A stretch of 61,403 bases of DNA, counting the filler, from Diploschistes diacapsis (taxonomy: Eukaryota), in NCBI GenBank assembly GCA_023645945.1. It is 10 parts of 10 records of this genome, joined end to end, with 100 filler letters (N's around TTAATTAATTAA, not from the genome) between each part and the next. Parts side by side here need not be neighbours in the genome. Positions count along the whole stretch, not along the records: positions 38,113 to 41,918 come from JALAIB010001846.1; positions 42,019 to 45,820 come from JALAIB010001847.1; positions 45,921 to 49,722 come from JALAIB010001848.1; positions 49,823 to 53,620 come from JALAIB010001849.1; 6 more parts are not named here. One strand, given 5' to 3'. The translations under genes were made by a program, and so were the position numbers. This document shows, in pieces, positions 39,097-52,507 of the stretch. The notes under the pieces are model-generated. The model did not search any database and had not been told where the DNA came from. It was given only the letters and a program-made list of their open reading frames with translations. Numbering within the stretch: the first letter of the stretch is position 1; every line of letters begins with the position of its first letter.

Positions 39097-41098
39097 ATGT
39101 CGGCAAATGGCGCGGTCGACTTCTGGAATACCAAGGAACTCGGTCAAACATATGCCAACAACAGCAGAGACTTGTTTCGACCAACCACCGACAAGGTGAT
39201 ACAACTGGCGGAAGAGCTTGTTGACCGGTCGACAGCGAGAAAAATCCTTGACTTAGCTAGCGGCACTGGCAATCCAGCGGTTCGCCTCGCTGTAGCCTTC
39301 CCAGACTGTCAAATTCATGCGACAGGTGAGCGCATCTACATGTTGGATGCTACAAGCCATCCTGTCGGCCGAACATTATTATGTGCGTCGTGCAGACCTG
39401 GCGCCTGCGATGCTGAAGCTGCTGGACGCAACAGTCACTGAATTGAAGATCAACAATATTTCAAGCGGTGTCGCTAACGCTCAAGACCTCGCATTTGCGG
39501 GCAATGCAAGTTACGATGCCATCACTTTCAGTCTGGGCTTGCAGCTTGTGAAGGACACCGCAAAGTAAGCTCGCAAAATGCAAAGTAACTTGCTTCAAAG
39601 TCAGTCCCTTGAGTGGTTCAGGACGTACCACAGGTCATCTTTACCAACATCAGAACTGTAGGTGCTTGTCAGAGTGCGCAAGGGTGCTGAAACCAGGTGG
39701 TGCTCTCATCATTTCGGTTCCTGGTCCAATCAGCAAGACTGATGGCGCACGGACCACAAAAGAAGTCCATGACAGGTGACTTTGATTGTGCATTGAATCA
39801 CTGTGGCTGGAACCTGACATTCCTTGCACAATCATATGATGGCTTCGCATATTGCGTCTGTCATGATGAGCAAGTTCGGCCTTCAATTATAGCACACTTT
39901 CAGGATCACCTTTGTGTGCCTGCCATCTCAAGCAAGCAAGCAAGTTAGGCAGGGTAGGGTACTAGTATGGATTGCTCATACAACTTCTTTCATACCCATT
40001 CTATAGTGATCAAAATTTTCTTCATACGCAGCCAGCCATACCCTGATTGCAACTGCCACAGCTGTGTTCCGCATGATTCTGTGCTGTCTTCACAGGCTGT
40101 TCTTGCAGCAAGCAATACATCCAATGCGGTCATGTGTGGACACTTTCAACTACTTGTGCGCACTGCACAGTGTCAAAGCATGTTAGGGCAGCATGCAATG
40201 CAGCATCCCTCAGCTGCAAGGAGCATTATCACCAGAGACACCTTGATGATACCACAGATACGGTCAACCCAATAGCCTCCAGAAGGCTTTTGTACATCAC
40301 ATTTGCTGGCGTGTAGAGTCATCCCAAATGACCCATGGATGGATGTCAATGCCATGGGTACGGGTGACATACTCAAGAAGGCTGCTGAAAAAGCTGGATT
40401 TCAGCAGCTCTGTGTGTCTGAAGTCAACAATCCAATCACAGGATCCATGGATCAGATGAAAGCAATCAGCATCAGAGGGCTTCTGTCTGCAGGCCTCAAG
40501 ACGGAAGACGAGCAACGCAAGTAAGTTTGCCATGATGCATGCACCACTGCTGCTGCGTGTTGCACAGCCTCCGTTGTCAACCTACTCAATCTTCTTGCTG
40601 CACTGCAATACACGCCGACTGTATACAAAGCAGGGTGTGCAGAGTCAACTTTGCGAGCTGTGCTTGCATTTTACGCCTTATGGGTTGGGCCTTCTTGCAA
40701 CATGGTGCTTACTGTGCACACTGCCTGCATACAGCATCAGCAGCAACAGCAGCATGCCCAGGGAATGGCAACACCAAAGGCATGATGTGCTGGCCGCATT
40801 TTTGAACTTCGCATAATTTGCAATAGCAAAGCTGCACAGTTATTCCACAATGCATTTCGCTAGCTGTTTGTGCTGGAGGACTCACTACATGGCTTCAGAC
40901 CAGTTGGCCACAATGTCTGACAGTCGTGCTGCTTGCTGCAGGAAACACCATGGTTCTCTTTCTAAATCTTGCTATGCGGAAGCTGACGAGGTCTTGGAGG
41001 AACTGATCAGACAGAATGGCTGGCTTCAAGCAGGTGGCCTAATACACCTGCCAAGCAATGTTGCGATTGTGTTGAGCGCAGTCAAGCCCATGTCATAA
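39097..41098 (+). CDS. Class I SAM-dependent methyltransferase (UbiE/Methyltransf_11-like), 5 exons, about 290 aa
   Basis: ILDLASGTG, DLAPAML, YDAIT, RVLKPGG. Exons 39097-39325, 39396-39564, 39662-39775, 40317-40520 and 40942-41098 sum to 873 nt in frame. Confidence 0.78.
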
Positions 41099-41179
41099 TT
41101 TATATCGAATCTGAACATTTTTTTTTTCAACTGCACTAATTGCTCCCTGCACTAATTTCAAAAAGGCATAGAGAGCTTT

Positions 41180-41918
41180 GAAGAACCTCTGCACCTGTGC
41201 TGCTTTCTGAGCAAGCAATTTCAGCTTTGCTTGTTTGTGCAATCACACTCATGGCTTTTGCACTGCAAACCGCTCTGCAGGAACTCAGCAAATATGCACA
41301 GCACCTGTTTCTAGCATTGAGTGAAGATCCTCTGCACCTGTGCTGCTTTCTGAGCAAGCAATGTCAGCCTTGCTTGTTTGTGCAATCACATCCATGGCTT
41401 TTGTACTGCAAACCGCTCTGCTGGAAGTCATCATTGATGCATAGCACCTGTGTCTAATACTGAGTGAAGAACCTCTGCACCTGTGCTGATTTCTGAGCAA
41501 GCAATTTTAGCCTTGCTTTTTTGTGCAATCACATCTATGGCTTTTGCACTGTGACCAGAACTGAGTGAAGACCCTCTTCACCTGTGCTGCTTTCTGAGCA
41601 AGCAATGTCAGCCTTGCTTGTTTGTGCATTCACACCCATGGCTTTTGCACTGCAAACCGCTCTGCTGGAACTCAGCATTAATGCACAGCACCTGTGTCCA
41701 GAACTGAGTGAAGGCCCTCTGCACCTGTGCTGCTTTCTCAGCAAGCAATTTCAGCCTTGCTTGTTTGTGCAATCACACCCATGGCTTTTGCACTGCATGT
41801 TGCTCTGCTGTCATTCAGCATTGGTGCACAACACCTGAGTCCAGAACTGAGTGAAGATCCTCTGCACCTGTGCTGCTTTCTCAGCCAGCAAATTCAGCCT
41901 TGCTGGTTTCTCCAATCA
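41180..41918 (+). repeat. 143-bp tandem repeat (satellite), about 5.5 units, truncated by the contig end
   Basis: Unit starts at 41180, 41323, 41466, 41567, 41710 and 41853. The third unit is 101 bp (internal deletion). Confidence 0.9.
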
Positions 41919-42018
41919 NNNNNNNNNNNNNNNNNNNNNNNNNNNNNNNNNNNNNNNNNNNNTTAATTAATTAANNNNNNNNNNNNNNNNNNNNNNNNNN
42001 NNNNNNNNNNNNNNNNNN

Positions 42019-42239
42019 GGGGTGATGGTTCCTGGGGGAATGGGGTGCGGGAGTTGTTTCTCGAAGTGGGAGGGATCCTCGGACGGGACGTGGGCTGCGT
42101 TGGTGAGGGTACGGTTGTTTCTTGGGCCTCGGGAGAAGGAGGTTGAGGGAAGGGCGCGGAGGGTGTGGTGGCTTAGCGAGCCGGGGGTGCGCTGGCGAGT
42201 TAGGAGATACAGGCACTGGGAAGGCGCTCTACCAGCCAT
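42019..42239 (-). CDS. 5' fragment of a gene with a mitochondrial-type presequence (truncated by contig end)
   Basis: MAGRAPSQCLYLLTRQR...RTLTNAAH is Arg/Ser/Leu-rich with no acidic residues. Open to the spacer. Confidence 0.4.
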
Positions 42240-42994
42240 GATGGCGTGGGAAACTGTGTTCGAGTTGGCTTTGCGAAGATGTGGCGTGAACAGAGTCTGA
42301 AAAAAACCTCGTTTTGAACGAGCTGAAGCATTTGTTCTGATGATTTCCGATGAGGTAAGCAAGGCTTGGCATTGGTGAAAGGGATTCTATAGATGTGTGA
42401 AGGGGTAGCACCTATCCGCAATTGGAGTTACTCATTTATACATACATGTAGCAAAGATTTATCAAAACGACTTAATACATCTCAAGAGTAGACGTTCTAT
42501 GTAGGCTCGACAAAAGTTTCATTGCTTCTTCCAAGCATCGCGGTCTAGCTAGATGGTCTCTCCCTATGCTGATCCCCATTACAGCTGGTTTTGCCTGGTT
42601 GACATTGCACCATAGCTTGAACCCTCATCCATTCCGTACCCCATTGTGCCAAATTTCATACATCGTTTCGCGTTGCAAGCTCTCAAATGAGTAACAGGGA
42701 TAGAGAACTTGCCGGTATCTCGAGCTGAAAGACTTCGGCTGTCGGATCCTCAATGTCTGGCAAAGTACCTGAGGCGGCTGTTTTAAAAGAAATTCGGGAA
42801 GGGTGTACCGGTAGCAGGGATCCGCTAATTAAACCTGGCCTTCCGTACGCTTGCTGTCACAAATACCCTCCCGAATTAGGTGTCCGTAATGGCAGCGCGG
42901 CGAATCGAAATCAACAAACGCATGTGCAACACCCAGCGGATGAGACGAGAAGAAACGCTGCGGAGTTCAGGAAGGAAAACATTTGTCATGTTCG

Positions 42995-44457
42995 TCAGGA
43001 GTGAAAAAGGTCCCAGGCTCGAGCGCACAGCCTCATGAACTCGTCCTTCTTTCTGATATTGGTCTCTGGACTGTCTCTGCCCTCCCCGAATGGAGCACGT
43101 CTCGGGCTCGGACCGCTGCCGAGAGGTGGGGAGCCGTCCCTTTCGTATTCTGCCCTTGGCCTCCTTCGTCCACTGACGCTCCGCCCAAGCTCGCCACTTG
43201 GATAGGATGAAGGATGTTTGTTGGGAGTGAGGCCGTTGCCGCTTGGCGAAGGGGGCGTTGGTGGCTGGTGGCCGCCGTAGTGAACCAGCTTCGGTCGAAG
43301 TTCTTCCCGGCCAGACGTCATATCTGCTACCGCTTCTTCGGCGGAACGGTACTCGCGCGGCCGCGTGGCCATCGATGGAGGTGCAGGGCCTTGCTCCGAC
43401 CTCGGAGGTGGAAGACCTGGCGACGGAAACGCTCGACGCTGGATCGGATGGTGTGGGTTGCTCGCGGAGTTGGAATGGAAGAAGCCCGGTCGAGCGGGGC
43501 CGCTTCCACCGGCAGCTCCGGCGCCTCCCTCGCGATGGCTGCCCAAACCTTCGTTAGCAAATACGTCCGAAATCGGTGGCAACCGATTCTGCGTCTGGAC
43601 TGCCGGCACGTGGTGGATGTGGGACGAGTCGTTCGCCGTGTGGCGTGCAAGATGAGGCGGCTGATGCCGGCCGGTAAAGCTTTGATGCAGAGGAGCAGAC
43701 TGGATCACCCTTTCGTTTGCGAACTGCTCGTGCGATGGTGGAACGATGGACAGGCCGGGCGGCGGTCGCTTCCTGGATGTCATGGGCGTTTTGAGCCCAC
43801 CGGTGGCGAAACTTTGACCTTCTCGCTCGCCTGCGCTGTCGGCGCCCTTTGTATTTTTCTGTAACCGAGATTCGATGATATGCCTCTGCTGCTCACGGAC
43901 GGTAATGCTTCTCTGTAATTGTTCCTGCATGCTGGGGTCATGTGTCTGGAAGCCGGGCGAGAGACAGGCCAGTCCTACGTCATGCATGCCGAGGTTTCCG
44001 CTGTCGCGCGTCAACGGCGCCGATGGCCGTGAAGAATTGCCCGCCCCCGCGTCATTATTGCTCGAGCTAAGGTCGAGTTTGCGAGGTCGGTGTCGGGATG
44101 TATGCGGAACTTCGGGTGACGACGGGGGCTCTTTCTTCACAATGATTTTGGGCGGCTGCCCAGCTCGTGAACTATTGGCAAGATTAGATGCGTTGCAATG
44201 CCCGTACTTCACGGATTGGCTTACGACTGTGGGGAGGCTCTCTTGCCATCCGGAGATGGCTTTTGCTGTGCCGCCGCACCTTCAGACACGGCCTGCGCAT
44301 TCGCGGCAGCTGAAACTGGTGTTCTCCGATCCATGTTGGACGAGGGCGAGTGTCCCGACGGTGCCAGGGCATGATACGTAGACTTTGGGCTGACGTCGTG
44401 GTGAGACATTACTTGAGGAATCTGGGGAGCCATTGCGGAAGCCACAGCTGTAGGCAT
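42995..44457 (-). CDS. Conserved fungal hypothetical protein, low complexity, probably regulatory (2 exons)
   Basis: Intron 44172-44224 joins the frames. Short motifs GLACLSPGF, KRPPPGLSI, IQSAPL, RLPPISDV and C-terminal KKDEFMRLCARAWDLFH. Confidence 0.7.
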
Positions 44458-45920
44458 TTCCACTTTCTTCGACCAACTTGGCCGGAGCCTCGTGCAGAAA
44501 ATATTGGGGTCGAACGGAGACGGTGGACAGCAACTGGCTCGAGCCTAAAGAGAGATATTCCTGTACGCGAGTGAATAATTCGTGGAACGTGAGTGAGAAG
44601 GATATCCCTCGTCAATCGAAGGACCTTGGTCGGACCAGAGAAATTGGGTCAAGGAGGGCCGATTATTTGCCGGGCGGTCCTGGACCAAATCGGGGGTTCA
44701 CAGCATGCAAAGGCTTCAATGACTGCTGCTGCCCTGCTCCGTCTCCGACGACTATTGACTTGCGGTAGGGAGCGAAGGTTATGAGGACGATGGAAAGCGA
44801 ATTGGACGGTGCGCTGGGAAGGACGAGAAGGGAGAAGAAGGAGGGCAGGTAGAATGTGGACAAGGGAGTTTAGTTTAAGGTTATAAAATTTGAGTACAGT
44901 AGTATCTAGTAGCATTCGAAAGAAAGAGGGGTGGGAGCGAATTGTGAGACGAAAGGGGGGGGGGGAAGGGCGTTTCGAATCATGTTAGCTCGGGGAGAAA
45001 GGACTCACTCATTCTCCCCGGCTGGCCTGGCTGGCCTGGCTGGCTGGCTGGCTGGCACTACTTGATGGGCTGGCAGCCTGGGGCGGATAGTAGGTGTATC
45101 GTATCACTTACTCACCCTCGGCTTAAGAAGTAGAAAGAAAGTCCCAATTTGGGAATGACAGTAACGACACAAGTATTTTACCTCCTGGCCCCAATGTATA
45201 TAGGTATATACATATACACGTACCAACAGCCAGGGGTTAATGTTGGAAAAGGATGATCCAAAATGCGTCAGATATGTGATCCTATTGGACAGGGCATAGG
45301 GAGCCGGAAGCAAACACGGCCAGAGTATTGGACGAGACAGGCAGTGGGTTTGGGCTGTAGTTCTTTGCCGCGACTTATCGAAGACTTATTGAATACTGAA
45401 TAAGACAATAGGACGGGAATTGGAGATGACGGCGTTCCCCAAAGGAGAATCATGATGAAGGCAGATCAGTAATGATGATGCTCAGATCAGTCAGTCAGTC
45501 AGTGTATTGATTGGGCATCATCCGCACCTCACCAAAAGGAACTAGAGCCACTCTGTAACACTCTGTCAGTTGGCATCTGACCTGAACCGTCACCCCTTCA
45601 GCTAGCTTTCCCAATTTTTCTGCACACTAGAGAAGAATTACTAGACTTCATCGTTTCCCAATAATAACTAGATACACTAAGTAGTAAAACTACATACAAA
45701 CTGCGGTAAGACTGATCCAATATCCTCCCTCCATCGTGCATCGTGCATCGTGCATCGTCCCAAGTCAGCATTCAACTCATAGAGCCAGAAGTTGTGTCCA
45801 GGAATCCACTCCAGTGCCCCNNNNNNNNNNNNNNNNNNNNNNNNNNNNNNNNNNNNNNNNNNNNTTAATTAATTAANNNNNNNNNNNNNNNNNNNNNNNN
45901 NNNNNNNNNNNNNNNNNNNN

Positions 45921-47398
45921 ATCCGAAACCAGAACAGCCCCCACCCGTTCTTGACGGCCTCGGCCTTCTCCCCGACCACGCGCCCCTTCCCTCCCTTCTC
46001 GTCCTTGTTGCCGCCGCCGCCGCCGCCGCCGCCCCGAGCCCTCCTGATCCTCTCCCTCTCCTTCTCCGGCCTCTTCCCCCGCCTGATCCATTCGAGCTCC
46101 TCGTCGACCGGCAGGCCCGCCGGCACCGTGCTCTCGTACCCGACCCCGCGCAGCGCCTCGACGCTCCCCATCTCGCTGCCCGCCGTGTGCCGGCTGTGGC
46201 TGTGGCTGCTCCGGGCGCGCCTGCGCTCGGCGTGCTCTTCCCTGCGGCGCTGCGACGCCTCGCGCCGCTCCTGCTTCCGGGCCTCGCGCTCGGCGTACTT
46301 GGCGTCCTTGGCGGCCTCGCGCGCGTAGAACTCTTGGCGCAGGGCCTGCACGTGGGCGACGGGGTTGTCGGGCATCGTCGCGGTGGTGTTGGTGCGCGAG
46401 CGCTTGCGGCTGAAGGCCGACTCGAGCGAGGAGCGGGCCGTCAGGGGCATGGTGTCGGGGCTGAAGGGCTCAGTGGGGTGTTGGGAGGCGCCTGCGCTCT
46501 GGGTCTGTTGGCGGAGGGACGAGGGCGTGCCGGGGATGTTTTGCGTGTTGAGGTTCAGCTGCGATGTGGAGTTACCGCGCGAATTCGAAGAGTAGGTGCG
46601 CAACTGGAGGGGCGGAGGTGGTGTGCGCCGGGCTGTAGAGGGCAGGGGCGCGTAGGACTGCGCCGTCGGGTTTTGCTGCGAATTTGAATTTGAATGCGAA
46701 ATGCGATCGGGGGTGTCTGTTGATCCGGTACGGGAGCGTGAGTGTGCGAGAGTGGGCACGTATGACTGAGGGGTCTGACGCATTGGGTGCACGTACTGAG
46801 CGCCGCCGGACGGGTGAGTGCTGGAGGTGGTCGTGCTGGAGACTTGAGAGACTCCGCTCGAGGTTCGAGCGTGGTAACCTCGTCTACCGGTTGTGTTTGC
46901 ATTGGTGTTGCTGGAGTTTGTAAAGATTCCGAGGCCTTCGTTTTCCGCGACCGAACGCGAGAGATCCACCGTGTTCTGCTCTTGCGACGACATCTTTCTA
47001 AGCAACGGTCTTATCTTCACTTTTGTCTGTGAGAAAGAGGGTTTGGGGTCCTTCGGTACCGGAGTCGGTGGACTCGTGATGTCAAAGTTGGAGTATGCCG
47101 ACAGCGGTGGACTGGCCAGGGACGAGTCGGACGGCTTCTTGCTAAGCTCGGACAGACGCAGGCCATTGCCGGAGCTGGACTTGTTCGACATTGGCGGCCT
47201 GTCTGCTCGACTCTCGCGAGGCGAATACCTATCCTTTCCGCTCCGCCGACCGGTGCGACCTCGCTTCTCGTCCAGCACGGCCGATGGCGCAAACGATGCC
47301 ATCGAAGACACGGGAGTCGTGTTCATCGGGTGCGATATGGTCAATGGCATACTCCCACCCGTGTGCTGAGGCGACAACGGCTGAGCGATCCTCGCCAT
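45921..47398 (-). CDS. Hypothetical Ser/Pro-rich protein with C-terminal coiled coil (3'-truncated)
   Basis: Open frame of about 490 codons to the spacer. KIRPLLRKMS, YVHPMRQTP, charged helix QEFYAREAAKDAKY. Confidence 0.65.
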
Positions 47399-47692
47399 GT
47401 CAGGAAATAGAAAGCGCTGATATTGTTCACTCAATGGCTCAGATAACAAGCAACGTGGTGCTGAGTTATCACGAGCTTCTCATGGTCGTCAGTGTGATGC
47501 CGCACGTGTTTGCGCGCGCGCTCTGCTCTGCGGGCCGCGAGACTCGACAGCAGGATCCGAGACGATGTATCTGGGTAACAGAGATGACGTTGCGCGGGGG
47601 GAGATGAGGAGAATGACGAGGAATGGAAGCGTCAGAGTCACATAAACTGGGTCTCCCGTTTCCGCTCTGTTGCCGACGAAACGGATCAACGA

Positions 47693-49030
47693 AGTTCGAG
47701 TTCGAGTTCGAGTTCGAGTTCGGGTTCAAGTTCAAGTTCTCGGCACGGGCTCACAAACAGTCCAATTGCGGTTACGACTGCGGTTACGGGCTTGGCTGGA
47801 GAGACAGTTAGGAGACTGCGAGCGGAGAATGAGGTTGACGATGTTGGATGAGTTGGGGTGCGAGAGGAAAAGAAGTAGGTGGTCTAGGTAGGTACTTTTC
47901 GATGAGTGCACAATAAGGGAGGGACGGGATGGTCTTTGTTTTCCAATAATGGCTCGGTCTCGGTCTCTCCCTCTCCCCCTCCCCCTCCCCCTCCCTCTGG
48001 CTGATGGGCTGATGGGCTGGCAAGGATAGGACTGGGCTGGAAGTGGTAATGGTAATGGGGAGTGGGAATGGGAATGGAATGGGGTGATGGTCGATACCAC
48101 CTTACTTGAACTCTCTATCGCCGGGACGAGATCGAGGTGCAGCTTCTGCATCTCCCCGGTCTTCCTTCCACCAACCAGGTACTATTGGCAGCTTGGCTAC
48201 CTGCCGGATCGATGCTTTGCCGAGTTCACCGACCTGAGAAGGGGGGCGAAAAAAGAGAGAGCCTGCCTTCTCTTACAAGAAAGAAATGGGACGGATAGGA
48301 TATCGCACAACAATGTGGGGGGATACAGTGCTACTCTGTCCATATGCATCACCATTATCATTATCATTATCATTATCATCACCATCACCATCAGTATTAT
48401 CATCTGGAAGCACTGGCCAAGTCTACCAAACCTCGCAATGCGACGTGCTGATATTCCTTTAGCTCGCGATCCATGTCTTAAGGATACCTGTCACGCAGAT
48501 AGCATGAAACTCAGCCTCCCTCTTTCTCAGCTTCTCAGACTCACTCACCTTATCAACGGAAGCTCCCGTAGAGAAGAGAGGACAACAAAACACGGAACTG
48601 AGCCTTTTCATGCCCATCCGCCTACCACGGGGTACCCTGGGCCAAACAGACAAGTTAGTATCAGCCACGTCTTGTCTCCCCCACGAGAAATGCGCGCTCT
48701 CAACCTCACTAGACCACTTGCACAGCATCCCATCCTGCCAAGCTCTGGAAATGCACGAGGAAGAGGAAATAAGGGCCTGGAAGCGCCTCCCTTCAGTAGT
48801 TTGATTAGTTCCATGAGAAAGCGCGTTGCACGGCCTAAAACTCTTTTGCATTCTAATCCGAAACAACCGAGTAGGTCAAAACACGCCCCAATCCTTCCTA
48901 TAATAGTACTCAAGCCGAGCACCAAATAGACTTTCCACCCACCCTCCTTTTCACCCGCTCTCTTTAAACGCCCCCGTATCAATAGCAGGAAATATATTAT
49001 CCTATCCTATCCTATCCTATCCTACCCTGC
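47693..49030. repeat. Cluster of simple repeats upstream of the contig-7 gene
   Basis: (GAGTTC)n at about 47693-47735, (ATY)n at about 48347-48402, (TATCC)n at about 48998-49023. Confidence 0.7.
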
Positions 49031-51097
49031 CCCAGCTATCCCTTATCCAAGCCACAGGGCCCTGAAACGCAGGCTGCGGAGGATTCATCAAACACGACGC
49101 AAACAGCAAACAGCGTACTCGCCCCATTAAAAAGAGAAAGGGGTCTGGGGAGAAGTCGAGATGTGGAACGAAAAGTTGCGAGTACCCACTAGTAGCTAGG
49201 TAGGGTAGGTAGTTTATGCACTTGGCCACGAGGCTCTCAGGCTCCGACCTGACCTGGAGGCTTCACAGTTCATCGTGAGAAAAGAAAAAAGATGCTGGAG
49301 AAGTTGTGTTCCTAGGTGTAAGGCACACACACGTAGGAAGTTGTTCTGCATCGTTTTGGTTGTACGTGCACGTGCACGTGTACGTGTGTGCCTGGCGTAT
49401 ATAGTGTGCATGGCTATCTATAGGTGCGGGCTGCTTTTGGCGCTTGCCCTTCACACGTTCCTTGGTATGCTGATTGTTTTCGACATAAGGGAATGCACGA
49501 TACTGCCTGCCAGGGGGACAAGCTGAAAAAGCACAGCCGTCCCGAAGACGATGTAAAGCTCAAGACCCAGGCACACACCGGACAATTACCCAGAGTCCTT
49601 CCCAAGATACGCCGGCGTTTCCAACTCCTGACCCACGGTGTCCGCCTCCGCCGTCTCGCTCCCGCTCCTTCCGCCACCCTTGATCCACACCCGCCCCAAC
49701 TCCCCCTCGACCTCCTCCAGCCNNNNNNNNNNNNNNNNNNNNNNNNNNNNNNNNNNNNNNNNNNNNTTAATTAATTAANNNNNNNNNNNNNNNNNNNNNN
49801 NNNNNNNNNNNNNNNNNNNNNNGAGGGAGGGAGGGATCGTGAATAGAGTCAGTCGACCGGATCATAGGTAACTTGTGTCCCCACTAGGCACTCGTTCCCC
49901 CCGTTCCCGTTTCCCTTCACCAACACTCCTTGGCTACTACTACGTTGACTGGCCAACTCGAGAGGTCTTCGAGTCGCTGGAGCCTCAATATAGAGAGGCT
50001 CGAGATTACACAACGTGAAGTTTACAGGCACACACGCACACACACACACACACACACAACTCACAGGCAGTAGTGCAACAGGTTGATCTTTCACCTTTTC
50101 ATTCATCATTCGTCCCTTCGTGATCAGGGCTACTTGATATTCCCAGCCACAATGCGCCGGTTGATATCCTGCGGAACCGTGTCCCTCCCAGCCATAATGA
50201 CCACGCCCGTACCCGATCTAAGTCCGGCTTGCAGAGGAAGTGAGCCAAGCCCTTGAGGACCGCCAAGGACGTTAAAGAGTTGGTTGCGGACAGCACCGTC
50301 CGAGGCATTTCGTGTTAATCTTCATCTATTCCCTCCCTTGCTTTTCTTCTGCGCCTTCCATTTTGCTTTGCCATCCCTGACCAATGCCAACTTACTGCTA
50401 ATGCAGGCCGACCTTCTATAATGCTCGCAACGTGGGTAAAAAAAAAAACCCCCCCCCGACTCCAAATAGGTACAACCAATGGTCCACCGGGTGAGAATGA
50501 AAACGAGTGCAGTCTACGCCAAGGAAAAAAGCGGCTTCGCTCAAAGTTGTGCATGTGTGGAGCCAAGGGTTACGAAGCTTGAGCAACGGTCGAAGGCACC
50601 AACGTCGAGCAAGGCAAAACGAGCGACAGTGCAGAGGGCGAAACTCCATGTATAAGTGCAGTGTGCTCCCCGGTAATGTTTGGTTTTTTTTTTTTTTGGA
50701 GCCCCGTAGAAGTCGTAAAGGTCAAAGTCGATCCGCAAGGGAGCGTACAGGTACATGGATGCACCTATTTCTGTTTCCTTGAATTCTTTCAAAACTAACC
50801 ACCAACCAAAGTGTTTTTTCTCCAGGTGCCAATCTATGTCTTGAAATCCGGTAATAAAAGTCGTCAAGTTTGAACAGGAAGGGTATTCGGTCGTAAATCC
50901 CCAATGCAGTTCCCAAACGCCGAGAAATGTCGCTATTATGAAGTGAAAGAATTGCTGGACTGGAAGAATCGGGGCGAGGTCGAAGGGTTCCTGTGACTGT
51001 CGACGTCCAAAGAAAATGATGTGGTCAAAAGTCGAGCCGGATTCGGTCGAACCCGTTTCGGTGGACGTCTGACAAACAGGCCGCAGTAAGAAATGGG

Positions 51098-52507
51098 TCA
51101 ACCAACGACCGTTTGCATGCCGTAGGTTGCATGGAAACCATAGCGCTCATGATGAACCGCGCAGTGTCCGCATTGGCAGGCTGGTCCATGAGCATTCCAC
51201 GGCGAGGGTGTGAATTGCTGAGAGTATGCACCGTAGAAAGGTGAATGGTTGGACGGAAGGATCTGCAGAGGAGGCAGTGGCCGGTTGGAATAAGCCATGG
51301 AGTGCTGGTTGAAGCCCGTCATGTTGTGCTTGTACCATTCAGGGGTGGCAGACCCACCGTGGCCGGCGGAAGGGGGCGACAGGTCTCGAGCCGGGGTCCA
51401 CTGCCAAGGACCTGCGTTTCTATCGCGGTTTGCCGAGCCGAAAGACGTCTCGGTGTACGGAGGGGTGTAGAGCGGCGTCTGGGGACCGTACCTGTGAGCA
51501 GAGTAGGTCGAGCGAATAGGATCATTGCGAATGGCATCGACGGGCGTGAGCTTCAAAGCTTCCAAAGACACCTGTAATTCAGCCTTCTTCGTACAATAAT
51601 TCTTCCACTGGTTCGTCCAAGCCCTGAATCCAAGCGGATCCTCGAGGTTGAAGTGGAGATCCCAGCTCATGTCAACCAACCACTCTCGCTCGTGCTTGTT
51701 TAGCTCGGCGACAGGAATGTGGCTAACATCGGCCCACGATCGATTCTGAAAGGTGTTGTCGTCCAAGAACTTCGATGCGAGCATCAAGGCAATTGTCATC
51801 ATGTGATAGACATGTCCAGTGCCTGGCGCGTGGATCCCAAGGCCCTGCAACAACGACATGCGGTTTGCAAGGTAGTGGAGGGCAAGAAGGATGGTCGAGC
51901 TTGGCAGGCGAGTCGAGGTTAGGATATGCGAGACGTACTTGCGGAATTCAGGCGTGACCGCGGAGTGCGGCTGGACGCTTCGCGAAACGTCAATATCGGC
52001 GAGGCAGAAGCGGGCTTCGAACATGTCATACATTCCCTGGGTCGATTCGGCGACAAAATCCACCATCTCTTCCATTTGGTAATCGAGATGAGCTGCGACT
52101 CCACCTGCAACCTTTTCTTCCCTCGGTTGCTCTCGTACGACGTTGTGGGAGACAGACTGGCGGTGGCTTGCCTTGTCCGTCGCGTTCTCCGGCATGCGGA
52201 TGGGTGGAAGGATTGGCGCGCCAATGGGCCCATATCCATAGTCGTTACGAGCGCCGAGTGCGTTGTAAGCTGGAGCAGAGAGCTGAGGAAGCTCGGGGTA
52301 GTTCTCCGGCTGCAACTGAGGTGGCTTTCCTGACCCATACTTGTCCTGGGATTCCAATCCATGGCGAGAATCGTTGTTCATCGAATAAAAACCAGGTGCG
52401 GTAGAGCAGAAGCCGCCGGCGGAGCTAGGATACTGTCCCCATATTTCGGGTGGCGTAAGAGGAAGTCGGCCCACTCTGGGCATGTGCGTAGGCATATAGG
52501 ACGGCAT
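51098..52507 (-). CDS. CLG1: Clg1-like Pho85 cyclin
   Basis: LPLTPPE, GGVAAHLDYQMEEM, cyclin box FRKYVSHILTSTRLPSSTILLALHYL and LASKFLDDNTFQNRSWADVS. Confidence 0.85.
   Translation of the reverse strand: MPSYMPTHMPRVGRLPLTPPEIWGQYPSSAGGFCSTAPGFYSMNNDSRHGLESQDKYGSGKPPQLQPENYPELPQLSAPAYNALGARNDYGYGPIGAPILPPIRMPENATDKASHRQSVSHNVVREQPREEKVAGGVAAHLDYQMEEMVDFVAESTQGMYDMFEARFCLADIDVSRSVQPHSAVTPEFRKYVSHILTSTRLPSSTILLALHYLANRMSLLQGLGIHAPGTGHVYHMMTIALMLASKFLDDNTFQNRSWADVSHIPVAELNKHEREWLVDMSWDLHFNLEDPLGFRAWTNQWKNYCTKKAELQVSLEALKLTPVDAIRNDPIRSTYSAHRYGPQTPLYTPPYTETSFGSANRDRNAGPWQWTPARDLSPPSAGHGGSATPEWYKHNMTGFNQHSMAYSNRPLPPLQILPSNHSPFYGAYSQQFTPSPWNAHGPACQCGHCAVHHERYGFHATYGMQTVVG

Noticed and set aside
41180..41918. 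CRISPR-like array or family of small repeated ORFs
   Set aside because: Whole 143-bp units repeat with no unique spacers, there are no cas genes, and the context is eukaryotic.
48084..48929. 281-aa ORF with a poly-Ile stretch
   Set aside because: It is driven by an (ATY)n microsatellite in an upstream region and has no protein-like features.
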